Source: Candidatus Omnitrophota bacterium (lineage in GTDB: Bacteria > Ratteibacteria > UBA8468 > MWAK01). From it: DNA of 35,924 nucleotides. This document shows, one piece after another, positions 28,182 to 35,780 of this stretch (its first letter is position 1; each line of letters opens with the position of its first letter). Location: positions 1 to 35,924 of the forward strand of contig JBDRQI010000015.1 in assembly GCA_043826355.1 (NCBI GenBank). The letters are read 5' to 3'. The translations under genes and the position numbers were made by a program. Under the pieces are notes generated by a model. It did not search any database. It was not told the origin of the DNA and worked only from the letters and a program-made list of their open reading frames with translations.

Positions 28182-29099
28182 ATGAAAAAGACTATCTTCC
28201 TGTTGGTGTTGTCCGGTCTGGTGCTGGCGCCTTCCCTCTCTTTTGCTTACTGGGAGTGGACTCCGCAAACCAAAAAGTGGATAAACCCAAAACTGGCGGT
28301 CAGGGAAACGCCTGAGGCGCAGTATGCCTGGGCCGAAGAGTACGTTGCCGGCAAGGACTATGCTACCGCCATCCGTAAACTGGAACAGCTGATCGGGGTT
28401 TTTCCTGACTCGCCTTATGCGGCAAAGTCCAGGTACCGTATCGGTGAAATTTACCAGCTGGCCGGCGAGCGGGAGAAAGCGTTCCGCTCTTACCAGAAGG
28501 TTATTGATAACTACCCCGGTTCGGACCTGGTTACCCCGGCTGTCAGCAAGCAGTTTACAATCGGCGAGCAATTTACGAAGGAGAAGTGGGGCGGCTGGTT
28601 TTCTTTCCTGCGCGGCGACCCGGCCGATTTACTGACCAGGACGGTGACCACAGCGCCTTATGCGGCGGAAGCGGAGAAGGCGCTTTACGATTTAGGCGGT
28701 TATCATTTCCGGAGAGGCAATTTTCAGGAAGCGATGAACACCTTTGACCGGCTGGTCCAGGATTACCCGGAGAGCCAGTATGGCCCGGCCGCAGAATTGA
28801 AAGCCGGGGAAGCCGGTTTTAAACTCTACCGGAAGCAGAAGAATAACAAAGATTTGCTTCGGAATACCTCCACGCGCCTGGCCGCATTTCTGGCGAGATA
28901 TCCGGCGGACAAAGATAAAGGCAAGGCGCAAAGATTATACGGCCAGACCCGGGAACTTTTGGCCGAAAATATGATGGAAGTGGCGCAGTTCTACGAAAAA
29001 ACCAAAAATCCCACAGCGGCAAAATTCTATTTTGAAAAGGTTGCCGACGAATATCCGGAGACGGAAGCCGCCAAAAAGGCAAAGGGAAAGATAAAGTGA
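28182..29099 (+). CDS. bamD: TPR protein, outer membrane protein assembly factor BamD-like
   Basis: Signal peptide, TPRs ending FPDSPYA / YPGS / YPESQY, and terminal VAQFYEK...AAKFYFEKVADEYPET; sits upstream of lptE-holA. The start is 28182 (the ORF-track extension is repeat DNA). Confidence 0.7.
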   Translation: MKKTIFLLVLSGLVLAPSLSFAYWEWTPQTKKWINPKLAVRETPEAQYAWAEEYVAGKDYATAIRKLEQLIGVFPDSPYAAKSRYRIGEIYQLAGEREKAFRSYQKVIDNYPGSDLVTPAVSKQFTIGEQFTKEKWGGWFSFLRGDPADLLTRTVTTAPYAAEAEKALYDLGGYHFRRGNFQEAMNTFDRLVQDYPESQYGPAAELKAGEAGFKLYRKQKNNKDLLRNTSTRLAAFLARYPADKDKGKAQRLYGQTRELLAENMMEVAQFYEKTKNPTAAKFYFEKVADEYPETEAAKKAKGKIK

Positions 29100-29106
29100 T
29101 GTAATT

Positions 29107-29242
29107 TGTCATCCTGAGTGAAACGAAGGATCTATTTTTTGACAACGAGATTCTTCGCAAAACCGGCTCAGAATGACAAATCCATCATCATCCTGAGTTA
29201 TTAACAATCTGTCATCCTGAACCGTAGTTGCGAAGGATCTCG
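29107..29242. repeat. Family A palindromic element (29107-29178) plus a partial and a left-half copy (29188-29242)
   Basis: Same consensus; shares GATTCTTCGCAAAACCGGCTCAGAATGACAA with the copy at 28092. Confidence 0.9.
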
Positions 29243-29246
29243 TATT

Positions 29247-29774
29247 ATGAACAACAACCTACGCCGCATTTTTTGGATTTTCACTTTTCTACTCCTCCTC
29301 TCCGGGTGCGGATACCAGAATCTGACGCGGCATCCGGTTGCTTTCTCCGTCTATTTTCCAATCCTTGCCAACCGGACGATGGAGCCGGGCGTTGAGGTTG
29401 TCCTGACGAATGCGATTACCCGGGAGTTGCTCGGTTCCGGCATAACGGTCGCCAAAGAGAAAGACGCCGATTACTCCCTTTCCGGAACCGTAGATTTCTA
29501 CACCAGGGTTCCGCTTTCTTTTCGGAGCGACGACCCGAAAGAGGTTAACCAGTACCGGCTGGAGGTTGTGGTGCGGATGGAGATTACCCCTGCCCCCGCG
29601 CCTCCTTCACCTTTAATCTTCTCCCCTGCGGGGAGGGGGGAGAGGAGTGTTAGCCTGACTTCCTCCAGCAACTATTTTCTGACCGGCCCCTTCAGCCGAA
29701 GTGAAGCCGCTGCCTTAAAGGCGCTGGCCTCCGATTTGGCCCGGAAATCCACCGAATGGATAACGCAGCAGTAG
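29247..29774 (+). CDS. lptE: LPS assembly lipoprotein LptE family
   Basis: Lipobox LSGC-GY, NRTMEPGVEVVLTNAI and ADYSLSGTV; immediately upstream of holA, the conserved lptE-holA order. Confidence 0.75.
   Translation: MNNNLRRIFWIFTFLLLLSGCGYQNLTRHPVAFSVYFPILANRTMEPGVEVVLTNAITRELLGSGITVAKEKDADYSLSGTVDFYTRVPLSFRSDDPKEVNQYRLEVVVRMEITPAPAPPSPLIFSPAGRGERSVSLTSSSNYFLTGPFSRSEAAALKALASDLARKSTEWITQQ
29601..29645. repeat. Family C palindrome in-frame within lptE
   Basis: CCTTCACCTTTAATCTTCTCCCC-TGC-GGGGAGGGG; encodes PPSPLIFSPAGRGER. Confidence 0.7.
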
Positions 29775-30490
29775 GGAAAAGCGTCAGGCGTCAGGCGTCA
29801 GGCGTCAAGTATCAAGTATCAAAACCCCTCCCTTTTTACCTGGTTGCCTTCCAGAACGTTAAAGCGGCGGACAAGAAGATAGCCGAATTGAAAGCCGCTG
29901 CTTTTCCCGAGGGTTTAAACCCGTTTAACGAGTCAATATTTTACGGGGATGAGGCAAGCGCGGAGCGCATTATTTCCGCATGCCAGACGCCGCCGTTTTC
30001 CGGGGGCCGTCACTGCGTCCTGATACGGAGGGCGGAAAAGTTAAAGAAAGAGGACAAAGAGGTCCTGTTCGCTTATTTGAAAAACCCGAGTCCTTTTGCA
30101 TTTGTAATCTTCCTTTTTCAGGTTGACCGGAGCGGTTGGAAGTCGTATGCCGGCAAGTTCCCCAGGCACCAGGTTCAACTCTTCTTTGCCGGGGAGGAGA
30201 TGGAGTTTGAGGACAATTTCGGAATCACCAATGCTTTGCGCAGCCGGAACCTTGCCAGGGCCCTGAAGATTCTTGACCACCAGTATGGCGACCAGCGTGA
30301 TTTCTACCGGTTTTTCGGCATCTTCACCTGGTACCTGCGCAACCGGGTGGAGCGCTTGCAGGGACGGTTAACCCGGAAAGACGCCGCGCTCTTTGAACGG
30401 TTCTACGAAATAGATAAGAATTTTCGCCGGGGCAGTCTGGATGGCCGCATCGGCCTGGAACTGATTATCTTTGCGCTGAACGAAAAATAG
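29756..30490 (+). CDS. holA: DNA polymerase III delta subunit (short form)
   Basis: FNESIFYGDE, CQTPPFSGGRHCVLIRRAE, YLKNPSP and C-terminal IDKNFRRG...LELII; follows lptE. Start uncertain. Confidence 0.75.
   Translation: MDNAAVGKSVRRQASGVKYQVSKPLPFYLVAFQNVKAADKKIAELKAAAFPEGLNPFNESIFYGDEASAERIISACQTPPFSGGRHCVLIRRAEKLKKEDKEVLFAYLKNPSPFAFVIFLFQVDRSGWKSYAGKFPRHQVQLFFAGEEMEFEDNFGITNALRSRNLARALKILDHQYGDQRDFYRFFGIFTWYLRNRVERLQGRLTRKDAALFERFYEIDKNFRRGSLDGRIGLELIIFALNEK
29781..29822 (+). repeat. Heptamer tandem repeat, 6 units (42 bp)
   Basis: GCGTCAG x3, GCGTCAA, GTATCAA x2. Confidence 0.9.
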
Positions 30491-30502
30491 GATAATTTTT
30501 TC

Positions 30503-30557
30503 GTAGTTGCCAACCTTGGTTAGCTCTTTTAAAAAGCCGAGCAAGCTCGGCAACTAC
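30503..30557. repeat. GTAG-type REP doublet in inverted orientation (REPIN-like), family E
   Basis: GTAGTTGCCAACCTTGGTTAGC ... GCCGAGCAAGCTCGGCAACTAC: each unit is GTAG plus a palindrome. Confidence 0.75.
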
Positions 30558-30569
30558 AAATTGTTAAGT

Positions 30570-31853
30570 ATGACCTATCGGCAGGCAATTGATTTTCTGG
30601 AAAGTCGCGAGCGTTTCGGCATCCGGCTGGGCCTGGCCAATATGACGCGGCTCTGCGGCCGGCTGGATAATCCGCAGGAACGTTTGACCGCATTCCATAT
30701 CGCCGGCACCAACGGCAAGGGCTCTACCGCCCGCATCATTGCCACCATCCTTTCGAAAGCCGGTTATCGTACCGGGCTTTATACCTCTCCGCACCTGCTG
30801 GACACCCGGGAACGGATTCAGGTTGATAACCAATTGATAAGCCGGGCCGATTTTGCCTCCCTGATTACCGAAATCGAGCCGGTCGTTACGGGTCTCTCGC
30901 AATTTCTGCCCCACAGCCCGACCTATTTTGAAACGATAACCGCCGCCGCATTTCTTTACTTCAGCCGTAAAAATATTGACTACGCCGTAATTGAGGTTGG
31001 TATGGGCGGCCGGTTGGATGCGACTAACCTGTTAAACCCCCTGGTTTCAATAATTACGCCCATTGGTTTGGAGCACCGCCGTTTCCTCGGTAAGACCCTG
31101 GCGGCCATAGCCGGGGAAAAGGCCGGTATCATCAAGCCGGGCCGGCCAGTAGTTTCGGCAAAACAGAGTTTGGCGGTTTTACGGGTGATTAAAGCCAGGG
31201 CCGCCGAGAAGAAGGCGCCGTTTTATTTGGCCGGTTCCGCCTCACCTTTATTCTCTCCCCGCCAGAGGCGGACTTTCAGCCGGGGGGAAGAGGGAGGGGT
31301 GGGGGGGCTATCCATTTCCCTGCCCGGACACTTCCAGGCCGAAAATGCGGCTGTTGCCTGCCTTGCCCTGCAATCGGCCGGGGTAAGGGTGAAAGAGGGG
31401 GTTTTACGCTCGGCGCTGAAGGATATTTCCTGGCCGGGCCGGCTGCAGGTTGTTTCCCGAAAACCATTAATAATCTTTGACGTCAGCCATAACCCGGCGG
31501 CAATCAAAACCCTGGTCGCCAACCTTGCCGGCCTTTATCCGGGTCGAAAACCAACTTTCCTTTTTGGGATTTTAAAGGACAAGGATTATTGGCCGATGTT
31601 GAAATATCTCGGGGATTACGGGGAGCGGTTCTTTTTTACCCGGCCCTATTCCGACCGGGCGCGGGAACCAAAAGAGTTGGCGGACAGTTTTCGCCGGGTT
31701 TACAAGAACAAGGAATGCCGGGTGATTTTGGAGCCGAAGGATGCGTTTGGGGAGGCAACTAAAAACTTAAAGAAGGATGATTTGCTCTGTATCTGCGGGT
31801 CTTTTTACCTTGCCCCGCTGTTGAGAATCACCGGTCATTCCCGTATGTTGTAA
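30570..31853 (+). CDS. folC: Bifunctional folylpolyglutamate synthase/dihydrofolate synthase
   Basis: HIAGTNGKGST, YTSPHL, EVGMGGRLDATN, WPGRL, DVSHNP and CGSFYL. Start ATG 30570. Confidence 0.95.
   Translation: MTYRQAIDFLESRERFGIRLGLANMTRLCGRLDNPQERLTAFHIAGTNGKGSTARIIATILSKAGYRTGLYTSPHLLDTRERIQVDNQLISRADFASLITEIEPVVTGLSQFLPHSPTYFETITAAAFLYFSRKNIDYAVIEVGMGGRLDATNLLNPLVSIITPIGLEHRRFLGKTLAAIAGEKAGIIKPGRPVVSAKQSLAVLRVIKARAAEKKAPFYLAGSASPLFSPRQRRTFSRGEEGGVGGLSISLPGHFQAENAAVACLALQSAGVRVKEGVLRSALKDISWPGRLQVVSRKPLIIFDVSHNPAAIKTLVANLAGLYPGRKPTFLFGILKDKDYWPMLKYLGDYGERFFFTRPYSDRAREPKELADSFRRVYKNKECRVILEPKDAFGEATKNLKKDDLLCICGSFYLAPLLRITGHSRML
31240..31307. repeat. Family C palindrome in-frame within folC, with a nested CCGCC-AGA-GGCGG hairpin
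   Basis: CCTCACCTTTATTCTCTCCCC...GGGGGGAAGAGGGAGGGGTGGGGGG; encodes SPLFSPRQRRTFSRGEEGGVGG. Confidence 0.7.
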
Positions 31854-31933
31854 ACGGGAATCCAATCTTTAAAGGTGTAGATTCCCGCCTGATACATGCG
31901 GGAATGACATATTTGGGTTACATGCGGGAATGA
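31834..31933. repeat. Family B palindromic element (GTCATTCCCG...CGGGAATGAC) overlapping the folC stop
   Basis: GTCATTCCCG...CGGGAATCCA...GATTCCCGC...GCGGGAATGACA plus an extra CATGCGGGAATGA. Confidence 0.85.
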
Positions 31934-31943
31934 TGACAATGTT

Positions 31944-33047
31944 TTACAAATTTTTTAACTCCGCTTCCAGAAATCCATCCAGTTCGCCGTCCAGTACCGC
32001 GTCCACGTTGCCGGCTTCGTATCCGGTGCGATGGTCTTTGATTAACTGGTACGGCTGGAGAACATAGGAGCGTATCTGGCTTCCGAAAGAGGCCTCACCG
32101 GCTTCCTGGCGCTGCAGTTTCGCTTTTTTACGTTTTTCATCCTCCTGCAACTGGTATAACTTACTCTTTAAAATCCGGAGGGCGTTTTCCCGGTTCTTAT
32201 ACTGGGTGCGCTCAATCTGGCAGGCAACCACGATGCCGCTGGGCTTGTGAATAATCCGGACGGCCGTCTCCAACTTATTGACGTTTTGGCCACCGGCGCC
32301 CCCGGAACGGAAGGTCTGCACCTCAATCTCGTCATCCTTAATCTCAATCGTTGCTTCCGGCGGCAGTTCCGGTATGATGGAAAGAGAAGCGAACGAGGTG
32401 TGGCGTCTGCGGTTGGCGTCAAAAGGGGAAATACGCACCAGCCGGTGCACTCCGGCTTCATGTTTCAGGTATCCGTAAGCGAATGGACCGGTTACAATCA
32501 GGGTGACTCTTTTCAGGCCGGCCTCTTCACCGGCAAGCAGGTCAACCGTTTCCAGTTTCCAACCCTTCCGGGCCACGAAGCGGCTGTACATCCGGACCAG
32601 TATCGCAACCCAGTCGCAGGATTCGGTCCCGCCGGCGCCGGCATGAAAGGTCAGTATTGCCGGTTGCTTGTCGGTTGATTCGGAAAAACGGACTCTGGTT
32701 TCCAGCTCCTGTATTTTTCCGGAGAGTTCTTTCAAGAGCGATTCCGCTTCTGCCTGTAGTTTTTCGTCCGATTCTTCCGCTAACAGTTCCAGAATAGCCG
32801 AAGAGTCCTGTTCTTTTTTTTTCAGTTCCTGAAAGGCGTTAACGTCTTCCCGGAGCGTCTTTGTTTCCTCTATGACGCGGTTGCATTCCGGGTCACCCCA
32901 GAAGCCCTCCTGCTGGGTCTTGGTTTCCAGGACCGATAATTTTTTGCGTTTTGCTTCCAGGTTGATTTTGACCGCTAACTGGTTGAGGGAAGCGGCCAGG
33001 AGGGCAAAACTATCTTTTATTTCCTTAAGTTCCATAATTTGTGGCAT
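31944..33047 (-). CDS. prfB: Peptide chain release factor 2, uninterrupted ORF
   Basis: SPF tripeptide (RISPFD), [13 protein letters not shown] and [13 protein letters not shown]. Confidence 0.96.
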   Translation of the reverse strand: MPQIMELKEIKDSFALLAASLNQLAVKINLEAKRKKLSVLETKTQQEGFWGDPECNRVIEETKTLREDVNAFQELKKKEQDSSAILELLAEESDEKLQAEAESLLKELSGKIQELETRVRFSESTDKQPAILTFHAGAGGTESCDWVAILVRMYSRFVARKGWKLETVDLLAGEEAGLKRVTLIVTGPFAYGYLKHEAGVHRLVRISPFDANRRRHTSFASLSIIPELPPEATIEIKDDEIEVQTFRSGGAGGQNVNKLETAVRIIHKPSGIVVACQIERTQYKNRENALRILKSKLYQLQEDEKRKKAKLQRQEAGEASFGSQIRSYVLQPYQLIKDHRTGYEAGNVDAVLDGELDGFLEAELKNL

Positions 33048-33063
33048 CCTACACGAAAAACAT

Positions 33064-33203
33064 TGTCATCCCCGTGTGTGGTAAACGGGGATCTCGTCTT
33101 TTAAAAACAGGATTCCCGATCTAAGCATTCGGGAATGACATCTGTTTGTTTTGATTCCCGCCTTCGCCCGCCAAAAGCAACTTTACGACCTGCGGGAATG
33201 ACA
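33064..33203. repeat. Family B palindromic element cluster
   Basis: TGTCATCCCCG...CGGGGATCTC...GATTCCCG...CGGGAATGACA...GATTCCCGC...GCGGGAATGACA. Confidence 0.85.
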
Positions 33204-33234
33204 GATTTTTTGTAATCGGAAACGAGACGAGGCG

Positions 33235-35262
33235 CTACGGTTTATACTTTTTGGTGAATTTACACTTCGGGTAGGCGGCACAACCCAAAAACTTGCCGAA
33301 CCGGCTCTGCCTTAAGGCAAGGTTTCCGCCGCACTTGGGGCACTTTTCCTCAATCTTGATCTCCTCCATTGCCTTTTTTCCGGCGGCCCCTTCCGCTTTC
33401 TTTCCCGGCGTATATTTTGGTTCTCCGAAACTCTTTTTTTCGACCATGTTTTTGCTGTACCGGCATTTTGGATAATTTTCGCAACTCCAGAAAGCGCCGT
33501 ATTTTCCCTTTTTCAGGAGGAGTTTTCCGCCGCACTTGACGCAGACTTCTTTGGAAATTACCAGACTTTTCTCGGCCCGGTCCATCGCCTTGGAAAATGG
33601 TTTGTAAAAATCGGACAGGACCTTGCGCCACTCTTCTTTGCCTTCAGCCACTTTATCAAGTTTTTTTTCCATTTGGGCGGTAAATTCCAGATTGACCACT
33701 TCCGGGAACTGTTGGACCAGAAAGTCAATAATAAAGACACCCAGGGGGTCAGGCGCCAGAATTTTTTTCTCCCGATTTACGTATTTTCGGGACAGAAGCG
33801 TATTTATGGTCGGAGCGTAAGTGGATGGCCGGCCGATGCCGAACTTTTCCATCGCTTTAATCAAACCGGCTTCGCTGTACCGGTCTGGCGGTTGGGTTTC
33901 CTTTCCCTCTATTTCAAATTTACGGCCGTCAATCCGTTCTCCCTGGACGAGGGGAGGCAGCGCATTTTCTTTTTTGGCGGAACCGATTATCTTCCGGTAC
34001 CCGTCAAACCTCAGAACCTGGCCTTCCAGGTCAAAGAAATAGGGGCCGCATTCTATCCTGACCTTGGTGAGGTCTACCCGCGCCGCCGCCATCTGGCTGG
34101 CTACAAATCTCTCCCAGACCAGAGTGTAAATCTTTAGTTGGAAAGAGGTGAGGAAAGCCGCTACGTTTTCCGGCGTCCGGAGAGCGCTGGTCGGCCGGAT
34201 GGCTTCGTGCGCTTCCTGCGCCAGGTTGCTTTTGGTCCGGTAAACCGGGGCCCGGTCCGGAAGGTACTGGCTGCCCAGCGTCTCTTTGATGAACTGGCCG
34301 GCTTCCTCGCGGGCGCTGGCGGCAATCGTCAGGGAATCGGTGCGGTGGTAGGTGATCAATCCCTCTGCGCCTTGCGGTCCCAGGTCCACGCCTTCGTATA
34401 ATTCCTGGGCGATGGACATTGTCCGGGTCGCCGGCAGGTTGAGTTGCCGACCGGCCTCCTGCTGCAGGGTGCTGGTGGTAAAAGGCGGTTGGGGGTATTC
34501 CTTTTTTTCTTCCTGGCGGATGGAGGCTACCAGTAAAGGGTTTACCTGCAGAAAGGCGGCAATTTTTTCCGCTTCGCCCCTCTCTTTAATTCCGGGCTTG
34601 GGAAATTTCTTATTATCTTTCCCGGAGAGGGTGGCGGTAAAAGTAAATTCCGGGTTTTCCTTCCGGGCAAGTTCTGCGGAGATGACAAAGTATTTTTCCG
34701 GTATGAACGCCTGGATTTCTTTCTCCCGGTCAACCAGGATGCGCAGCGCAGCCGATTGTACCCGTCCGGCGGAAAGGCCTTTTTTGATGCGCTGGCCCAG
34801 GAGCGGGCTTAAGGTATAGCCGACCACCCGATCCAGAATCCGGCGCGCCTGTTGGGAGTTAACCAGCCGGATATCTATGCCGCGCGGTTTCTTAAAGGCA
34901 TTTTTGACCGCTTCCGACGTAATTTCGTGAAAAGCGACCCGTTTCATCTCCGCCGGGTCTTTCTTCAGGATGTGCGCCGTATGCCAGGCGATTGCCTCTC
35001 CCTCCCGGTCTTCGTCGGTTGCCAGGAAGATGTTACTGCAACCCGCGGCGGATTTACGCAGGGCGCTGACCGTTTTGCTCTTGCCCTGCATAATTGCGTA
35101 AGTGGGCTCAAAACCTTTCTCAATGTCAACCGCAAATTTATCGGCCGGCAAGTCCCGCATGTGGCCCATAGTGGCTACAATCCGGTACTCTTTACCCAGA
35201 AAACGGCTGATGGTACGGCTCTTGGCCGGGGATTCCACGATTACCAGTTTACATTTTTCCAT
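33235..35262 (-). CDS. topA: DNA topoisomerase I (type IA)
   Basis: IVESPAK, ATDEDREGE, SAGRVQS, ITYHRTDS, AHEAIRPT, GIGRPSTY and two C4 zinc ribbons. Confidence 0.97.
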   Translation of the reverse strand: MEKCKLVIVESPAKSRTISRFLGKEYRIVATMGHMRDLPADKFAVDIEKGFEPTYAIMQGKSKTVSALRKSAAGCSNIFLATDEDREGEAIAWHTAHILKKDPAEMKRVAFHEITSEAVKNAFKKPRGIDIRLVNSQQARRILDRVVGYTLSPLLGQRIKKGLSAGRVQSAALRILVDREKEIQAFIPEKYFVISAELARKENPEFTFTATLSGKDNKKFPKPGIKERGEAEKIAAFLQVNPLLVASIRQEEKKEYPQPPFTTSTLQQEAGRQLNLPATRTMSIAQELYEGVDLGPQGAEGLITYHRTDSLTIAASAREEAGQFIKETLGSQYLPDRAPVYRTKSNLAQEAHEAIRPTSALRTPENVAAFLTSFQLKIYTLVWERFVASQMAAARVDLTKVRIECGPYFFDLEGQVLRFDGYRKIIGSAKKENALPPLVQGERIDGRKFEIEGKETQPPDRYSEAGLIKAMEKFGIGRPSTYAPTINTLLSRKYVNREKKILAPDPLGVFIIDFLVQQFPEVVNLEFTAQMEKKLDKVAEGKEEWRKVLSDFYKPFSKAMDRAEKSLVISKEVCVKCGGKLLLKKGKYGAFWSCENYPKCRYSKNMVEKKSFGEPKYTPGKKAEGAAGKKAMEEIKIEEKCPKCGGNLALRQSRFGKFLGCAAYPKCKFTKKYKP

Positions 35263-35271
35263 AAAATTATC

Positions 35272-35325
35272 TCATTCTGAGTTGTTAGTTAAATCTGTCA
35301 TTCTGAGCGCCAGCGAAGAATCTCG
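35272..35325. repeat. Family A left half plus a partial copy in the topA leader
   Basis: TCATTCTGAG...TGTCATTCTGAGCGCCAGCGAAGAATCTCG. Confidence 0.8.
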
Positions 35326-35346
35326 TTCTTTAATGTTGACCTTAAG

Positions 35347-35398
35347 AATATAGCAAAATTAAGGGGAATTGTCAAATGTTAGGAGGGGATGTTATAAT
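35347..35398. promoter_or_regulatory. Overlapping divergent promoters for topA (-) and the tRNA locus (+)
   Basis: Minus strand: TTGACA (35375-35370)-17-TATATT with TGn extension. Plus strand: TTGTCA (35369)-18-TATAAT (35393) with TGn extension. Confidence 0.65.
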
Positions 35399-35461
35399 TA
35401 TACCCTCGAGTTTGTCGTAGGTCGCTTGCAGGTTGGGGCTTTAAAGTTCTGTTTGAGTTTT

Positions 35462-35656
35462 CGCCCCATTATCCAGAGGCCCAGGACAGGTGGTTGACTT
35501 CGTCGTCCTGAACTACGAGGTTGACTTCGTCGTCCTGAACTACGAGGTTCTCAGCCATCAGACAGGGGCTTGAAACCGCGTTCTCTGGGTTTCAAGGAGA
35601 GCGGCAGCGAATGGCCGACCCGAGGCGTAGTGAAAGCCGGGCGGCGCCAAATCCCC
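35462..35656 (+). pseudogene. Disrupted duplicate of tRNA-Glu(CTC)
   Basis: Matches the intact gene from the acceptor 5' strand to the T-stem. It carries a 2x27-bp insert in the anticodon loop and ~80 nt of unrelated sequence in the T-loop position, and has no matching 3' acceptor strand. Confidence 0.8.
35496..35549 (+). repeat. Perfect 27-bp tandem duplication
   Basis: GACTTCGTCGTCCTGAACTACGAGGTT x2. Confidence 0.95.
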
Positions 35657-35707
35657 GCGGGAATTTGAACCCAGGGTATTAGTTTTAGTACAGTTTTTGG
35701 CCTTTTC

Positions 35708-35780
35708 GGCCCCATCGTCTAGAGGCCCAGGACAGGTGGTTCTCAGCCATCAGACAGGGGTTCAAATCCCCTTGGGGCTG
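35708..35780 (+). tRNA. tRNA-Glu (CTC)
   Basis: GGCCCCA/TGGGGCT acceptor, GGTGG-TTCTCAG-CCATC anticodon arm and AGGGG-TTCAAAT-CCCCT T-arm. No encoded CCA. Confidence 0.92.

Noticed and set aside
35433..35440. TTGGGGCT upstream of the tRNA pseudocopy matches the tRNA 3' acceptor strand (permuted tRNA idea)
   Set aside because: Only 8 bp with no accompanying T-arm, which is compatible with chance.
35496..35549. Tandem 27-bp units as a CRISPR array or group I intron
   Set aside because: There are no spacers between the units and no cas genes, and 54 nt cannot hold a group I core.
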